Assembly (NCBI GenBank): GCA_902633975.1
Contig: CACPHX010000001.1
Coordinates: forward strand, 46,572-110,571
Source of the DNA: an uncultured Marinoscillum sp.
GTDB taxonomy: Bacteria > Bacteroidota > Bacteroidia > Cytophagales > MED-G16
Direction of reading: 5' to 3'
Length of the DNA stretch: 64,000 nucleotides
Part shown: in pieces, positions 39,662 to 50,250 of the stretch
Position numbering within the stretch: the stretch's first letter is position 1
How the letters are laid out: each line of letters starts with the position of its first letter
The notes under the pieces: generated by a model
What the model saw: only the letters and a program-made list of their open reading frames with translations
What the model was told of the DNA's origin: nothing
Databases searched by the model: none
Translations under genes and position numbers: made by a program

Positions 39662-41554
39662 TTACTTAGATAGTATATCAATACTTCTCTGGACAAAACC
39701 AGTAAGCTTTGATCCCGTCAACATATTCTGAGATAAAAGAGCAAGATCATAAATTTGAGATGCTATTTTCTCTTTGGTTTTGTTAGTTTTTGCCTTTAGA
39801 ATTTTATCAATAAGCCTATGGTTCCCATTAATACTAACAGATATCATCTCACCCGGTCCGCCCATCATCATTGGATTATTACCACTAGATTTTGCCATGT
39901 CTTGCATTCTCCTAAAAAATTCAGGTAGTGTTATAATGACTGGACTTTCATCAGGATTTAATGACTCGACATTAACCACTGTAGACTGGTTATTAATAAT
40001 TTTTTCAAATAATTTTTTTAATGACTCTTTGTCTTCATCCTTTATCACTGTTTCTTTCTTCTCATCTTTATCGATCAGTTTATCAAGAATATCAGCATCA
40101 ACTCTTTTTATCTGTACTTTGTCAAGTTTTTGTTCAATATGGTTGATGTAGTGACTGTCGATTACATTGTCGAATAGAACAACATCATAATTTCTCTTCT
40201 TAGCGTCCTCAATATAGGAGTCTTGTTTTTCTGCATCATTTGAATATAAAATAACTGTATTCTTATCTTTATCTTTCTGAGTCTTTGAAACAAATTTCTT
40301 ATACTCTTCAAATGTCCTCATGTTATTATCTAGACTTTGTAATAGAGCTATTTTTTCAACTTTTTCGTAAAACTTTTCTTCTGATATCATACCATATTTT
40401 ACAAAAAGATTTATATCCTTCCATTTCTCTTCATATGATTTCCTGTCATCTTTGTATAGTTCAGTAAGTTTGTCAGCAACCTTCTTTGTAATGTAAGAGT
40501 TTATTTTTTTGACATTTCCGTCAGACTGTAAATAACTTCTTGAAACATTTAGTGGAATATCAGGAGAATCAATTACCCCGTGCAATAACATTAAAAATTC
40601 AGGAACGACATCTTTTACCTCATCTGTAATAAAGACTTGTCTTGAATATAACTGTATTTTATTTTTTTGAACTTCAAAGTCATTTTTAATTTTTGGAAAG
40701 AAAAGGATTCCAGTCAAATTAAATGGGTAGTCTACATTTAAGTGTATCCAAAAAAGTGGATCCTCTGAAAATGGGTGAAGTTCTTTATAGAAATTTATGT
40801 AATCTTCGTCCTTTAAATCTTTAGGACTTTTATTCCATATAGGATCTGGATTATTAATGATATTATCTTCTTTGACAGATTTATACTTCGGTTTACCATC
40901 TTTATCTTTTCCATCTTCAACAGATTTTTCTTTCTGACCAAATTTGATTTTTACAGGTAAAAACTTACAATATTTTTTAAGTATTTCCTCTACTTTTCCT
41001 TCTTCAAGAAATTCTTTTGAGTCATCATTTATATGTAAAATTATATCTGTGCCTCTCTCTTTTTTTTGTGATGGTTTAATTTCGAACTCAGTATTCCCGT
41101 CACACTTCCAGTACGCAGATTTATTTTTTTTGATGTAAGATTTAGAATTTATCTCAACATATTTGGAGACCATGAATGCAGAATAAAAGCCAAGTCCAAA
41201 ATGTCCAATTATCTGACTTGAGTCATCTTTCTCTTTATACTTTTCAATAAATTCAGTAGCCCCAGAAAAAGCAATTTGATTTATATATTTTTTAATCTCA
41301 TCAGCAGACATCCCTATGCCCTTGTCTGAAATTGTTATAGTTTTCTTCTTTGCATCTAGTTTTATTTCAATAGTTAAATCCCCGAGCTCATCTTTCATTT
41401 CCCCCATCTGAGATAGGCTCTTAATTTTTTGTGTTGCATCAACAGCATTGGAAATTAATTCCCTGAGGAATATGTCCTGATCAGAATATAAAAACTTCTT
41501 TATAATAGGAAATATGTTTTCCGTATTAATCGATATGTTACCTTTTTCTTTCAT
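39662..41554 (-). CDS. htpG: Molecular chaperone HtpG (Hsp90)
   Basis: RELISNAVDA, DKGIGM and GHFGLGFYSAF in the GHKL ATPase domain; 630 aa. Confidence 0.95.
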   Translation of the reverse strand: MKEKGNISINTENIFPIIKKFLYSDQDIFLRELISNAVDATQKIKSLSQMGEMKDELGDLTIEIKLDAKKKTITISDKGIGMSADEIKKYINQIAFSGATEFIEKYKEKDDSSQIIGHFGLGFYSAFMVSKYVEINSKSYIKKNKSAYWKCDGNTEFEIKPSQKKERGTDIILHINDDSKEFLEEGKVEEILKKYCKFLPVKIKFGQKEKSVEDGKDKDGKPKYKSVKEDNIINNPDPIWNKSPKDLKDEDYINFYKELHPFSEDPLFWIHLNVDYPFNLTGILFFPKIKNDFEVQKNKIQLYSRQVFITDEVKDVVPEFLMLLHGVIDSPDIPLNVSRSYLQSDGNVKKINSYITKKVADKLTELYKDDRKSYEEKWKDINLFVKYGMISEEKFYEKVEKIALLQSLDNNMRTFEEYKKFVSKTQKDKDKNTVILYSNDAEKQDSYIEDAKKRNYDVVLFDNVIDSHYINHIEQKLDKVQIKRVDADILDKLIDKDEKKETVIKDEDKESLKKLFEKIINNQSTVVNVESLNPDESPVIITLPEFFRRMQDMAKSSGNNPMMMGGPGEMISVSINGNHRLIDKILKAKTNKTKEKIASQIYDLALLSQNMLTGSKLTGFVQRSIDILSK

Positions 41555-41559
41555 AATTT

Positions 41560-42048
41560 TTATCTAATTCTTTCTGATTCCCTAACTAACAATTCATCTT
41601 TTCTAATAAATCTATTTGAAAGGAAATTGAAAAATATCGCCAAAAATATCAAATAAAATGAAATAAGAAAACTTATTTGGTCATCGATATTTAGGTATAT
41701 TTCTTGATAAAATGTCTGATATAAAAAGAAAAAGATTAATAAGGATGTAAGGAAAGAATTTAAAGTTCCAATTTTAATTTGAGTTAGTCTGTTTCTATAG
41801 CTGAAAACTGAATACACGGCAAGTCCACAACACAACATTATTATACCAGGTATGTAAAAATAGTCATGTACTTCTGCATTACCTTCAGATATATTTTCTA
41901 TGTAACTGCTTGATATGTAACCGGTAGCCATAATTTCAGGAGAATTTTCTTCTGAAAACTCTATTTTTTGCCATACTGGGAAAAAGTATGTAGCTATCAA
42001 ACTTGCAATAAATAAGATTAGGAATATTGTTTGGATTCTCTGTATCAT
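41560..42048 (-). CDS. DUF4293-like integral membrane protein
   Basis: MIQRIQTIFLILF opening and 4-5 TM segments. The family is assigned from memory. Confidence 0.4.
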   Translation of the reverse strand: MIQRIQTIFLILFIASLIATYFFPVWQKIEFSEENSPEIMATGYISSSYIENISEGNAEVHDYFYIPGIIMLCCGLAVYSVFSYRNRLTQIKIGTLNSFLTSLLIFFFLYQTFYQEIYLNIDDQISFLISFYLIFLAIFFNFLSNRFIRKDELLVRESERIR

Positions 42049-42095
42049 GAATGTATTTTGTACAAAGAAAAAAAAATTAGCTCATAAAATATTAA

Positions 42096-42842
42096 ATGAT
42101 GAGGTATTTTATTGATATATCTTATAATGGAAAAAATTATCATGGCTGGCAGATTCAAAAAAATGCTGTGACAGTTCAATCAACTATCCAAGATGTGATT
42201 TCAAAAATATTAGGCAAGCGCACTGATATTGTTGGAAGTGGAAGGACTGATACTGGTGTACACGCTAAATCACAAGTAGCCCATTTTGATGTAAATAAAG
42301 AAGTTGATAATGATTTTATTTATAGAGTGAATGCATTCTTGCCACAAGATATTTCAATAAATTCAGTTACCCAAGTTGTTGATAATTCCCACGCCCGATT
42401 TGATGCTATATCTAGAGAATATATTTATAAGATACACGATCTCAAGTCTCCATTTGTAGATGGGCTGTCTATATTTTATAATAAAAAAATAAATATGGAT
42501 TTAATTAATGAAGCCTGTTCAACAATAATGAAAAACTCAGATTTTCAAAGTTTTTCGAAAGTAAAGACTGAAGTCAAAAATTTTAATTGTATTATTTCCC
42601 ACGCATCAATACGAAGAAAAAATAATTTTTATTTGTTTAAGTTTTGTGCTAATAGATTTTTAAGGGGTATGGTAAGGGCACTTGTTGGAACTTTACTTCA
42701 ATTAAACGAGGGCAAAATAAATCTAAAAGAGTTCAAATTGATTTTTGAAAAAAAAAATAGAGAATATGCTGGTCCTTCAGCACCACCTTATGGTCTATAT
42801 TTGAATAAGGTTAATTATAATTCTGATATTTTTCATGGCTGA
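42096..42842 (+). CDS. truA: tRNA pseudouridine(38-40) synthase
   Basis: YDGKNYHGWQIQ and GSGRTDTGVHA motifs. Confidence 0.92.
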   Translation: MMRYFIDISYNGKNYHGWQIQKNAVTVQSTIQDVISKILGKRTDIVGSGRTDTGVHAKSQVAHFDVNKEVDNDFIYRVNAFLPQDISINSVTQVVDNSHARFDAISREYIYKIHDLKSPFVDGLSIFYNKKINMDLINEACSTIMKNSDFQSFSKVKTEVKNFNCIISHASIRRKNNFYLFKFCANRFLRGMVRALVGTLLQLNEGKINLKEFKLIFEKKNREYAGPSAPPYGLYLNKVNYNSDIFHG

Positions 42843-44604
42843 AAACAAGAATAAGGTAAGTGGAAATCTTTTTGATTTTAAAATAATTAAGAGGTTGATG
42901 ATTTTTTGTAAACCATACATGAAATTTTTTTATTTTCTTGTCTTCCTTACATTGAGCCTTTCATTACTTCAACCCTTAAGGCCTTTTATTACTCAAATAA
43001 TTATTGATGATTATGTAAGTATTGGAGATTCAGATGGCTTATTAAAGATGATTATGCTTCTTCTTGTTCTTCTAGTAATTAATGCAGTGGTGATGTATTA
43101 TCATACATATTTTTCGGGTTGGCTTGGTCAAAACATTATAAAGGACATTAGAATTAAGTTATTTAAGCATCTCCAAAGCTTTAAACTTCAATTTTTTGAT
43201 AAAACACCTATTGGTAGAGTTGTAACAAGAAATATTTCAGATATTGAGACGATTGCTGATATATTTGGTCAAGGTATTGCATCTATAATTGGTGACATTT
43301 TACAACTAGTGGGAATTGTTGTTCTCATGTTTTATCTAAACTGGAAATTGACTCTAATAAGTTTAGCCACTTTACCTTTTCTATTTTTAACTACATATAT
43401 ATTTAAAGAAAAAGTTAAAATATCTTTTAACAATGTGAGGACGGCTGTAGCGAACCTAAACTCCTATGTTCAAGAGCATATTGTAGGTATGAATATTGTT
43501 CAGATCTTTGGTAATGAAGATAAAGAGTACAATAAGTTTGTAAGCATAAATAAAGATCATCTTAATGCTAATTTAAAAGCGGTTTTATATTATTCAATTT
43601 ATTTTCCAGTAATGGAATTACTTACCTCTGTAGGTTTAGGACTTTTGATTTGGTATGGTTCTGGTCAAGTTTTTGCAGAGGAGGTAACACTTGGTGTGCT
43701 CATTGCATTTATAATGTATTTACAACTCTTTTTTAGACCAATCAGAGCTATTGCTGATCGTTTTAATACCCTTCAAATGGGCGTAGTGAGTTCTAAAAGA
43801 ATTTTTGATTTATTAGATCGTGATGAAACAATTATTTCTAATCAATCAAATTCAGTTGAATCTATAAATGGAAGTGTTGAATTTAAAGAAGTTTGGTTTG
43901 CATATAATTCAGATAACTATGTCTTGAAAGATATCAGTTTTAAAATTGGTGTGGGGGAGTCAATAGCATTTGTTGGGAGTACTGGTTCAGGAAAAACATC
44001 AATAATAAATTTACTGAACAGGTTTTATGAGTTTCAAAAAGGAAAAATTTTAATTGATGGAAATGATATAAAAAAATTAAACTCATCAGACCTCAGAGAT
44101 AATTTAGGTCTTGTTTCACAAGATGTATTTCTTTTTTCCGATACGATATTTAACAATATTACATTGTTTAACCATAACATAAGTGAGTCGCAGGTATGGG
44201 ACTCAATAGATCAGGTTGGAGCTAGAAGATTTATCGAAGCACTTCCTAATAAATTAAATTTTAATGTAAAAGAAAGAGGCGCTTCCTTATCAGTTGGACA
44301 AAGACAACTGATATCATGTATAAGAATTATGTTGTATGATCCTAAGATAATTCTTTTAGATGAGGCAACTTCTTCTGTTGACTCTGAGACGGAGTCCATG
44401 ATTCAGTTAGCTATATCTAAAATTTTAAAGAATAGAACCTCTATAGTTGTTGCTCACAGGTTATCTACTATTAAAGAGGTAGATAATATTATTGTATTAG
44501 AAAATGGTGAAATAAAAGAAATTGGAGATCACAACTCTTTAAATAAATCTGGAGGGTATTACAGAAGACTTTATGAGATGCAAAATAAAAATATTTTGAC
44601 TTAA
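42835..44604 (+). CDS. ABC transporter, fused permease/ATP-binding protein (MsbA/exporter type)
   Basis: Six-TM exporter domain, Walker A GSTGSGKTS, signature LSVGQRQL, Walker B ILLDEATS. Confidence 0.9.
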   Translation: MAENKNKVSGNLFDFKIIKRLMIFCKPYMKFFYFLVFLTLSLSLLQPLRPFITQIIIDDYVSIGDSDGLLKMIMLLLVLLVINAVVMYYHTYFSGWLGQNIIKDIRIKLFKHLQSFKLQFFDKTPIGRVVTRNISDIETIADIFGQGIASIIGDILQLVGIVVLMFYLNWKLTLISLATLPFLFLTTYIFKEKVKISFNNVRTAVANLNSYVQEHIVGMNIVQIFGNEDKEYNKFVSINKDHLNANLKAVLYYSIYFPVMELLTSVGLGLLIWYGSGQVFAEEVTLGVLIAFIMYLQLFFRPIRAIADRFNTLQMGVVSSKRIFDLLDRDETIISNQSNSVESINGSVEFKEVWFAYNSDNYVLKDISFKIGVGESIAFVGSTGSGKTSIINLLNRFYEFQKGKILIDGNDIKKLNSSDLRDNLGLVSQDVFLFSDTIFNNITLFNHNISESQVWDSIDQVGARRFIEALPNKLNFNVKERGASLSVGQRQLISCIRIMLYDPKIILLDEATSSVDSETESMIQLAISKILKNRTSIVVAHRLSTIKEVDNIIVLENGEIKEIGDHNSLNKSGGYYRRLYEMQNKNILT

Positions 44605-46370
44605 TTAATTTTTTCTACCTCTATTTGATTTTTATATATTTTATAATACTCGCCTCTATTTTTTAAGAGATCCTGATGATTTCCTTCTTCAATAACTTTT
44701 CCCTCATCCATAACTAGTATTTTCTTTGCTAGTTTAACAGATGATATCCTGTGGGATATAATGATAGTGGTTTTATCGAGCATAATTGTTTTTAAGTTTT
44801 CTAAGATTTTATTTTCTGTCTTTGTATCAACTGCAGATAAACAGTCATCTAAAATTAAAATTTTAGGTTTTTTAATTATTGCCCTTGCTATTGATATTCT
44901 TTGTTTTTGACCCCCCGATAATGTGATTCCTCTCTCGCCTACCATAGTCTTATATTCATCTGGAAATGTTTGAATATTTCTGGTAAGATCAGCATTTTCA
45001 GCTGCCTCTACCACATGGTCAAAGGTTTTATTTTTAGCTCCAAAAAGTATATTGTTTTCAATTGTATCAGAAAATAGGAAAACATCTTGAGGCACATAAC
45101 CAATTTGACGCCTTAAATTAACTACATCAAAATCTTCAATCTTATTATCGTCTATCAGAATATTACCTTCACTGATATCAAATAATCTTAATATGCTATT
45201 TGCTAGTGTGCTTTTGCCAGATCCAGTTGTCCCTATCACACCAAGTGATTCTCCGGACTCTATTTTAAATGAAATATTTTTTAAGCCAGTAATATTAGTA
45301 TCTGGATATGTGAAAGAAACATTTTTAAATTCAATTTTACCTATTAAATCAATAGTTATATTTTCACTAGATGTAATATTATTTTCTTCTTTGAGAAATT
45401 GATTTATCCTTTTTTGAGAGGCTGAAGCTCTTTGAACGATACTGGTTATCCAACCTAGTGAGGTGACTGGCCAAGTTAGTAAATAAACATAAATAAGAAA
45501 CTCAGCAATATTACCAATTGTGATATTATTGCTGAACACCTCAATTGCCCCAATATAAACTGTTATTATAATACTCAGCCCAATTAATGTCATAATAATT
45601 GGAAAGAATAAGGATAAGACAAATTGGAGACGTAATGACTTGTCTTTATATTCAACACTTTTCTTTGAAAAAACTGAAGAAAAATTTTCTTCTCTTACAA
45701 ACGATTTAATTAACCTTATTCCTGAAAAAGTTTCTTGTACGTATGTTGAAAGGTCGGATAATGACTCTTGTATTTCTTCAGACCTTTTATTTATGATATT
45801 TTGAACATAGTATATTGATAAGACCAATAATGGAAGAGGAAGAATGCTGTAGAAGGCAAGTTTGGAGTTGATGTAAAACATAAATGGTATAATCGTCAGC
45901 ATTAAAATAGTAACATTCATTCCATACATTAAAGCCGGGCCAATGTACATTCTTACTCTGCTGACATCTTCTGAAATTCTATTCATTAGGTCCCCAGTGT
46001 TATTCTCTTTATAGAATTGAGAAGGTAAAGTCTGATAATGAAAAAAGATCTCATTTTTTAAATCATATTCTATATTTCTCGAGGCAACTATTATTGTCTG
46101 ACGCATCATATACATAAATAACCCTCTAATAACTGCTGCTAAAATTATGCCGCCAGCATAAATTAAAACATACTCTAGTGTTTCATCTCTAGAAATTAAA
46201 TTACCATCCGAGTAAGAGGCAACACCCTCTTCAATTAAATCAAAGGTTTCTCTTATAAGAGTTGCCGGCACAAGAGCAAAAAAAGTAGAGATTAATATGA
46301 ATCCAGTTCCTAAAAGATAATATTTTTTGTATTTGAATAGGTATTTATTTAAATAGGATAGCTCTCTCAA
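44601..46370 (-). CDS. ABC transporter, fused permease/ATP-binding protein (MsbA/exporter type)
   Basis: Six-TM exporter domain, Walker A GTTGSGKST, signature LSGGQKQR, Walker B LILDDCLS. Confidence 0.9.
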   Translation of the reverse strand: MRELSYLNKYLFKYKKYYLLGTGFILISTFFALVPATLIRETFDLIEEGVASYSDGNLISRDETLEYVLIYAGGIILAAVIRGLFMYMMRQTIIVASRNIEYDLKNEIFFHYQTLPSQFYKENNTGDLMNRISEDVSRVRMYIGPALMYGMNVTILMLTIIPFMFYINSKLAFYSILPLPLLVLSIYYVQNIINKRSEEIQESLSDLSTYVQETFSGIRLIKSFVREENFSSVFSKKSVEYKDKSLRLQFVLSLFFPIIMTLIGLSIIITVYIGAIEVFSNNITIGNIAEFLIYVYLLTWPVTSLGWITSIVQRASASQKRINQFLKEENNITSSENITIDLIGKIEFKNVSFTYPDTNITGLKNISFKIESGESLGVIGTTGSGKSTLANSILRLFDISEGNILIDDNKIEDFDVVNLRRQIGYVPQDVFLFSDTIENNILFGAKNKTFDHVVEAAENADLTRNIQTFPDEYKTMVGERGITLSGGQKQRISIARAIIKKPKILILDDCLSAVDTKTENKILENLKTIMLDKTTIIISHRISSVKLAKKILVMDEGKVIEEGNHQDLLKNRGEYYKIYKNQIEVEKIN

Positions 46371-46425
46371 TTTTTATAGATTTACAAAACAACTAACCGT
46401 AAATCTATTACTTAAAATCATAATT

Positions 46426-47493
46426 ATGAGTAAAGATCTAACTAAATCAATTTTTGAATTGTTAAATAAGAATGATCACGAGCAACTTGTTTATTGTTGT
46501 GACAAAGAAATAGGTTTAAAGGCTATAATTGGGATCCACAATACGGCACTTGGACCCACTATGGGAGGTACTAGAATGTGGAATTATAACTCTGAGGAGG
46601 AGGCATTAAATGATGTAATTAACCTGTCCATGGCTATGTCATATAAGTCATCTTTAGCAGGCCTCAACGCAGGAGGTGGTAAGGCTGTTATTATTGGTGA
46701 TCCAAAAATTAAAAATGAAAAATTTATCAAAAGGTATGCTGAATTTATAAACGATTTAAATGGGAAATATTGGACTGCTCAGGATGTAAATATGACCTCA
46801 GACGACATTATTAATATTAAAAAAACAACAAATTATGTTGTAGGACTACCAAAAGAGCATGGTGGGCTTGGTGATTCATCAGCTCCAACGGCATTTGGTG
46901 TATATCTTGGTATGAAATCGGCGATGATGAATATGACAGGTAGTGAGTCTTTGGAAGGAAAAAAAATATTGGTTTTGGGTGTAGGTAAGGTTGGCAGTAA
47001 ATTAATTAACTACCTTCTTAAAGAAAGATCTTTAGTCTATGCTTATGATATAGATCCCAAAAACTTAAATGTATTTTCTGGTAGAAATATTAAGATTTTA
47101 CAAGAAGACATGATTTATAGTTATGATTATGATATTTTTTCTCCTTGTGCGTTGGGTGGTGCAATAAATAAAGATTCAATAGATAAGATTCGGTGTAAAG
47201 TAATTGCTGGTGCTGCTAATAACCAGATTGCTGATGAAGAAATAGTTTTGAATAAGCTTAAAGAGAAAAAAATAATATTCATCCCTGACTTCTTGATAAA
47301 TGCTGGAGGTATAATTAGTGTTTACCATGAACAAATTGGTGATCTTAATTCTCAAAAAGTTATGGATATGACAAGTAATATCTATGATAAGGTGACTGAT
47401 GTTTTAAAATTCTCTCAAAAGAATGACACCTCAACATATAACGCTGCTATTCAGTTGGCAAAAAATAGAATTCACAATATTTCTGAAAAATAA
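46426..47493 (+). CDS. Leu/Phe/Val dehydrogenase (Glu/Leu/Phe/Val dehydrogenase family)
   Basis: GPTMGGTRMW, catalytic-Lys region AGGGKAVI, Rossmann motif GVGKVG; 355 aa. Confidence 0.85.
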   Translation: MSKDLTKSIFELLNKNDHEQLVYCCDKEIGLKAIIGIHNTALGPTMGGTRMWNYNSEEEALNDVINLSMAMSYKSSLAGLNAGGGKAVIIGDPKIKNEKFIKRYAEFINDLNGKYWTAQDVNMTSDDIINIKKTTNYVVGLPKEHGGLGDSSAPTAFGVYLGMKSAMMNMTGSESLEGKKILVLGVGKVGSKLINYLLKERSLVYAYDIDPKNLNVFSGRNIKILQEDMIYSYDYDIFSPCALGGAINKDSIDKIRCKVIAGAANNQIADEEIVLNKLKEKKIIFIPDFLINAGGIISVYHEQIGDLNSQKVMDMTSNIYDKVTDVLKFSQKNDTSTYNAAIQLAKNRIHNISEK

Positions 47494-47527
47494 CTAATAT
47501 TGCACCTCGTTCTTTAAATGAATTGCT

Positions 47528-48490
47528 ATGCTAAATAGGAGAAGTATAAGAATTAAAGTTTTGCAACATATATATTCTTATGAACATAATGTTGAATTAT
47601 CAGATGATGTTGATTCACTTAAATCTCATATCTTAGAAGATTTAAAAAAGTCCATTTCTAATATAGATAGCTTTCTTTATCAGTTATTATCATTATCATT
47701 TAGTTTTCAGGAGATAGATCTAAGAAAAAGAGAAATAAACGAGAAATCTTTAACCAAGAAAAATAAATTAAAATTTAACTTTTCTAATAATAAGATTTTA
47801 GAGTTTTTAGTAGAAAACGATAAAATTAAATCTGAAATTATAGACTTTAAATCCTCATTAGGTAGTGAAGAGGAATTAATAAAGGATTGGTATAAGTTAT
47901 TAATCAAGGAAAGTTTTTTTAATGAATACAATAACTTAGAAAATCCTACATTTAATGATGATCTTGAGTTCGTAAGAAAATTGATCTTGAGTTTTTTTCT
48001 TAAAAATGAGGATATAAATTCATTTTTCGATTCAAGGAATATTTATTGGGACATAGACAAACAAATAATCAGGTCAATGTTAAAAAAAACTTTTGAATCC
48101 TTAAATTCAAGAGATTTTAATACATTTGCAGTCGCAAGTTTATCTGAAAACATTGAGGAAGATATAGAATTTGCTTGTTCTTTGTACGAATGTGTTGTTT
48201 CAAATTCAAAAGAATTTGATTCCTACATCAATGATTATGTAAAGAACTGGGAGCTAGATAGAATTTCTAGAATGGATCTTTCAATTATTAGATTAGGAAT
48301 AGCTGAGATGATATCTTTTAGTTACATTCCAGTGAAAGTTACAATAAATGAGTGCATTGACTTAGCTAAAAACTTCAGCTCCCCAAAGAGTGGGAAGTTT
48401 GTAAATGGTCTTTTAGATGTAATTTCATTAAATTTGTTAGAGAAAGGTCAAATTAGAAAAACAGGAAAAGGTTTGATCGATAATAAATAA
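47528..48490 (+). CDS. nusB: Transcription antitermination factor NusB (long flavobacterial form)
   Basis: N-terminal RRSIRIKVLQHIYS and C-terminal ELDRISRMDLSIIRLGIAEM...INECIDLAKNFSSPKSGKFVNGLLD. Confidence 0.8.
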   Translation: MLNRRSIRIKVLQHIYSYEHNVELSDDVDSLKSHILEDLKKSISNIDSFLYQLLSLSFSFQEIDLRKREINEKSLTKKNKLKFNFSNNKILEFLVENDKIKSEIIDFKSSLGSEEELIKDWYKLLIKESFFNEYNNLENPTFNDDLEFVRKLILSFFLKNEDINSFFDSRNIYWDIDKQIIRSMLKKTFESLNSRDFNTFAVASLSENIEEDIEFACSLYECVVSNSKEFDSYINDYVKNWELDRISRMDLSIIRLGIAEMISFSYIPVKVTINECIDLAKNFSSPKSGKFVNGLLDVISLNLLEKGQIRKTGKGLIDNK

Positions 48491-48497
48491 TAAAATT

Positions 48498-48797
48498 ATG
48501 AGTAAAAATTCTACAAATTCATTGATAAGCTTACTAATAGGATTAATAGTGGGTGGTGTACTTGGTATATTATTTGCCCCAGATAAGGGGAATAATACCA
48601 GAGATAGACTTAACTTTAGACTTAATCAGTATAGAAAGAAATTAGAAAATCTTATAGCTGAAATAACTGAGGATAAAGAATTAGTAAAATCCGAGGCTAA
48701 AACTAAAGGAAGAAAAGTTGTCAATGAAGCTAAAACAAAAGCAGAAAGATTACTTAAAGATGTAGATGGAATTCTATCAAAAATTAAAGAAAATTAA
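48498..48797 (+). CDS. YtxH domain-containing protein
   Basis: TM helix followed by LFAPDKGNNTRDRL and a coiled-coil tail. Confidence 0.75.
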   Translation: MSKNSTNSLISLLIGLIVGGVLGILFAPDKGNNTRDRLNFRLNQYRKKLENLIAEITEDKELVKSEAKTKGRKVVNEAKTKAERLLKDVDGILSKIKEN

Positions 48798-48808
48798 TAT
48801 TACTTAAT

Positions 48809-49276
48809 ATGAATAAATTTATAACAATACTAGCAATTATAATTTTAACATCTTGCGGATCTCAAGTTAGTGACCTTGAGTTAAGAGTTGCAAAATTAGA
48901 AACAGAAATAGCTTCGATGAGAAAGGGTGGAGTGTCTTCTATCGTTCCAGCAGGAGCTTTCCCAAAATTCTCTTTTGATCAAGAAGAACACAATTTTGGT
49001 CAAATTAAGGATGGTGATATTGTCAGCCATACATTTAGATTTACAAACACAGGTCAGGCACCACTCATTATATCAAAAGCAACTGCCGCTTGTGGATGTA
49101 CAGTGCCTCAGTGGCCTAAGCAACCTATTCCTGTAGGAGGATCGGGTGAAATACAAGTTCAGTTCGATTCAAGTAATAAACCAGGTATGCAAAATAAGGT
49201 TGTGACAATAACTGCTAATACAGAATCAAAAGTAAAGAAGTTATTAATTAGAGCGCAAGTTAATCCAAGATCGTAA
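48809..49276 (+). CDS. DUF1573 domain-containing lipoprotein
   Basis: Lipobox LTSCGS and HNFGQIKDGDIVSHTFRFTNTGQAPLIISKATAACGCTVPQWPKQPI. Confidence 0.8.
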   Translation: MNKFITILAIIILTSCGSQVSDLELRVAKLETEIASMRKGGVSSIVPAGAFPKFSFDQEEHNFGQIKDGDIVSHTFRFTNTGQAPLIISKATAACGCTVPQWPKQPIPVGGSGEIQVQFDSSNKPGMQNKVVTITANTESKVKKLLIRAQVNPRS

Positions 49277-49279
49277 TAT

Positions 49280-49573
49280 ATGATTTTATTACAGTCCTTT
49301 GGATCAGGATTAGCACAGCTTTTTTTTCCATTAGCTATACTGCTTGTATTTTATTTTTTCATTTATAGGCCAGACCAAAAACGTAAACAAAAGCAATCTG
49401 ATTTTATTTCTTCTCTTAAAAAAGGAAAAAAGGTTGTGACTATGGGAGGCATTCACGGTAAGATTGTTGGTATAGATGGTGATAAGGTTACACTCGATGT
49501 AGATAGAGGTACTAAAATAAAGTTTGATAAAAACTCTATCTCTTTTGAGATGTCTTCTCAAGAGAATAATTAA
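49280..49573 (+). CDS. yajC: Preprotein translocase subunit YajC
   Basis: Single TM, then RPDQKRKQKQ...LKKGKKVVTMGGIHGKIV. Confidence 0.85.
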   Translation: MILLQSFGSGLAQLFFPLAILLVFYFFIYRPDQKRKQKQSDFISSLKKGKKVVTMGGIHGKIVGIDGDKVTLDVDRGTKIKFDKNSISFEMSSQENN

Positions 49574-49607
49574 CTTTCATTAAATAAAAGTATTCATCTT
49601 ATATTAA

Positions 49608-50198
49608 ATGTCTTTTCTAGTTGGTATTACAGGAGGTATTGGATCTGGAAAAACAACCGTATCTAATATATTTTCTCATTTAGGTTATAAAGTCTACAAT
49701 TCAGATGAAAGAGCTAAATACCTCATGCAAACAAATGATAAAATTATAAAAAAAATTACTGGACTTCTTGGTGACTCAGCATACAGTAAAGGGGCACTCG
49801 AAAAGACAATAATTACAGAAGCTATTTTCAACAATAAAAGCTTAATTGAGAAAATAAATTCCATTGTACACCCAGAAACAATAAAGGATTTTAATTCTTG
49901 GGTATCAGAAAATAAAGATTCCATTCTAGTTAAAGAATCAGCATTAATTTATCAGTCAGGTTCCTATAAAGATTTGGACGAGATTATTCTTGTTGAGGCA
50001 AAGGATGAAATTAGAATTGAAAGAGTATTGAAAAGAGATAAGCACAGAGATAAAGATGATATTCTTAAAATTATAAGGAGCCAAAAATTAAAAAATAAAG
50101 AAGACTTAAATCCAGATTATATCTTAGAAAATAATGGAGAAGACATGCTTCTCCCAAAAGTCATTAAAATAATTCAAGAACTAAAATTAAAAGTTTAA
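49608..50198 (+). CDS. coaE: Dephospho-CoA kinase
   Basis: P-loop GITGGIGSGKTT; 196 aa. Confidence 0.9.
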   Translation: MSFLVGITGGIGSGKTTVSNIFSHLGYKVYNSDERAKYLMQTNDKIIKKITGLLGDSAYSKGALEKTIITEAIFNNKSLIEKINSIVHPETIKDFNSWVSENKDSILVKESALIYQSGSYKDLDEIILVEAKDEIRIERVLKRDKHRDKDDILKIIRSQKLKNKEDLNPDYILENNGEDMLLPKVIKIIQELKLKV

Positions 50199-50250
50199 TT
50201 ATCAATTAATAGTTAGGATATAAATATTTAGATACTTATTTTTAAATATT

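Noticed and set aside
2144-45402. Numerous 60-130-aa ORFs on the strand opposite long conserved genes (e.g. 2144..2413, 3279..3680, 6224..6523, 12029..12421, 18867..19229, 27854..28237, 39774..40151, 45193..45402)
   Set aside because: They are fully nested antisense to genes with clear functional motifs. Their Leu/Ile/Phe/Ser-rich composition is typical of antisense frames in AT-rich DNA.
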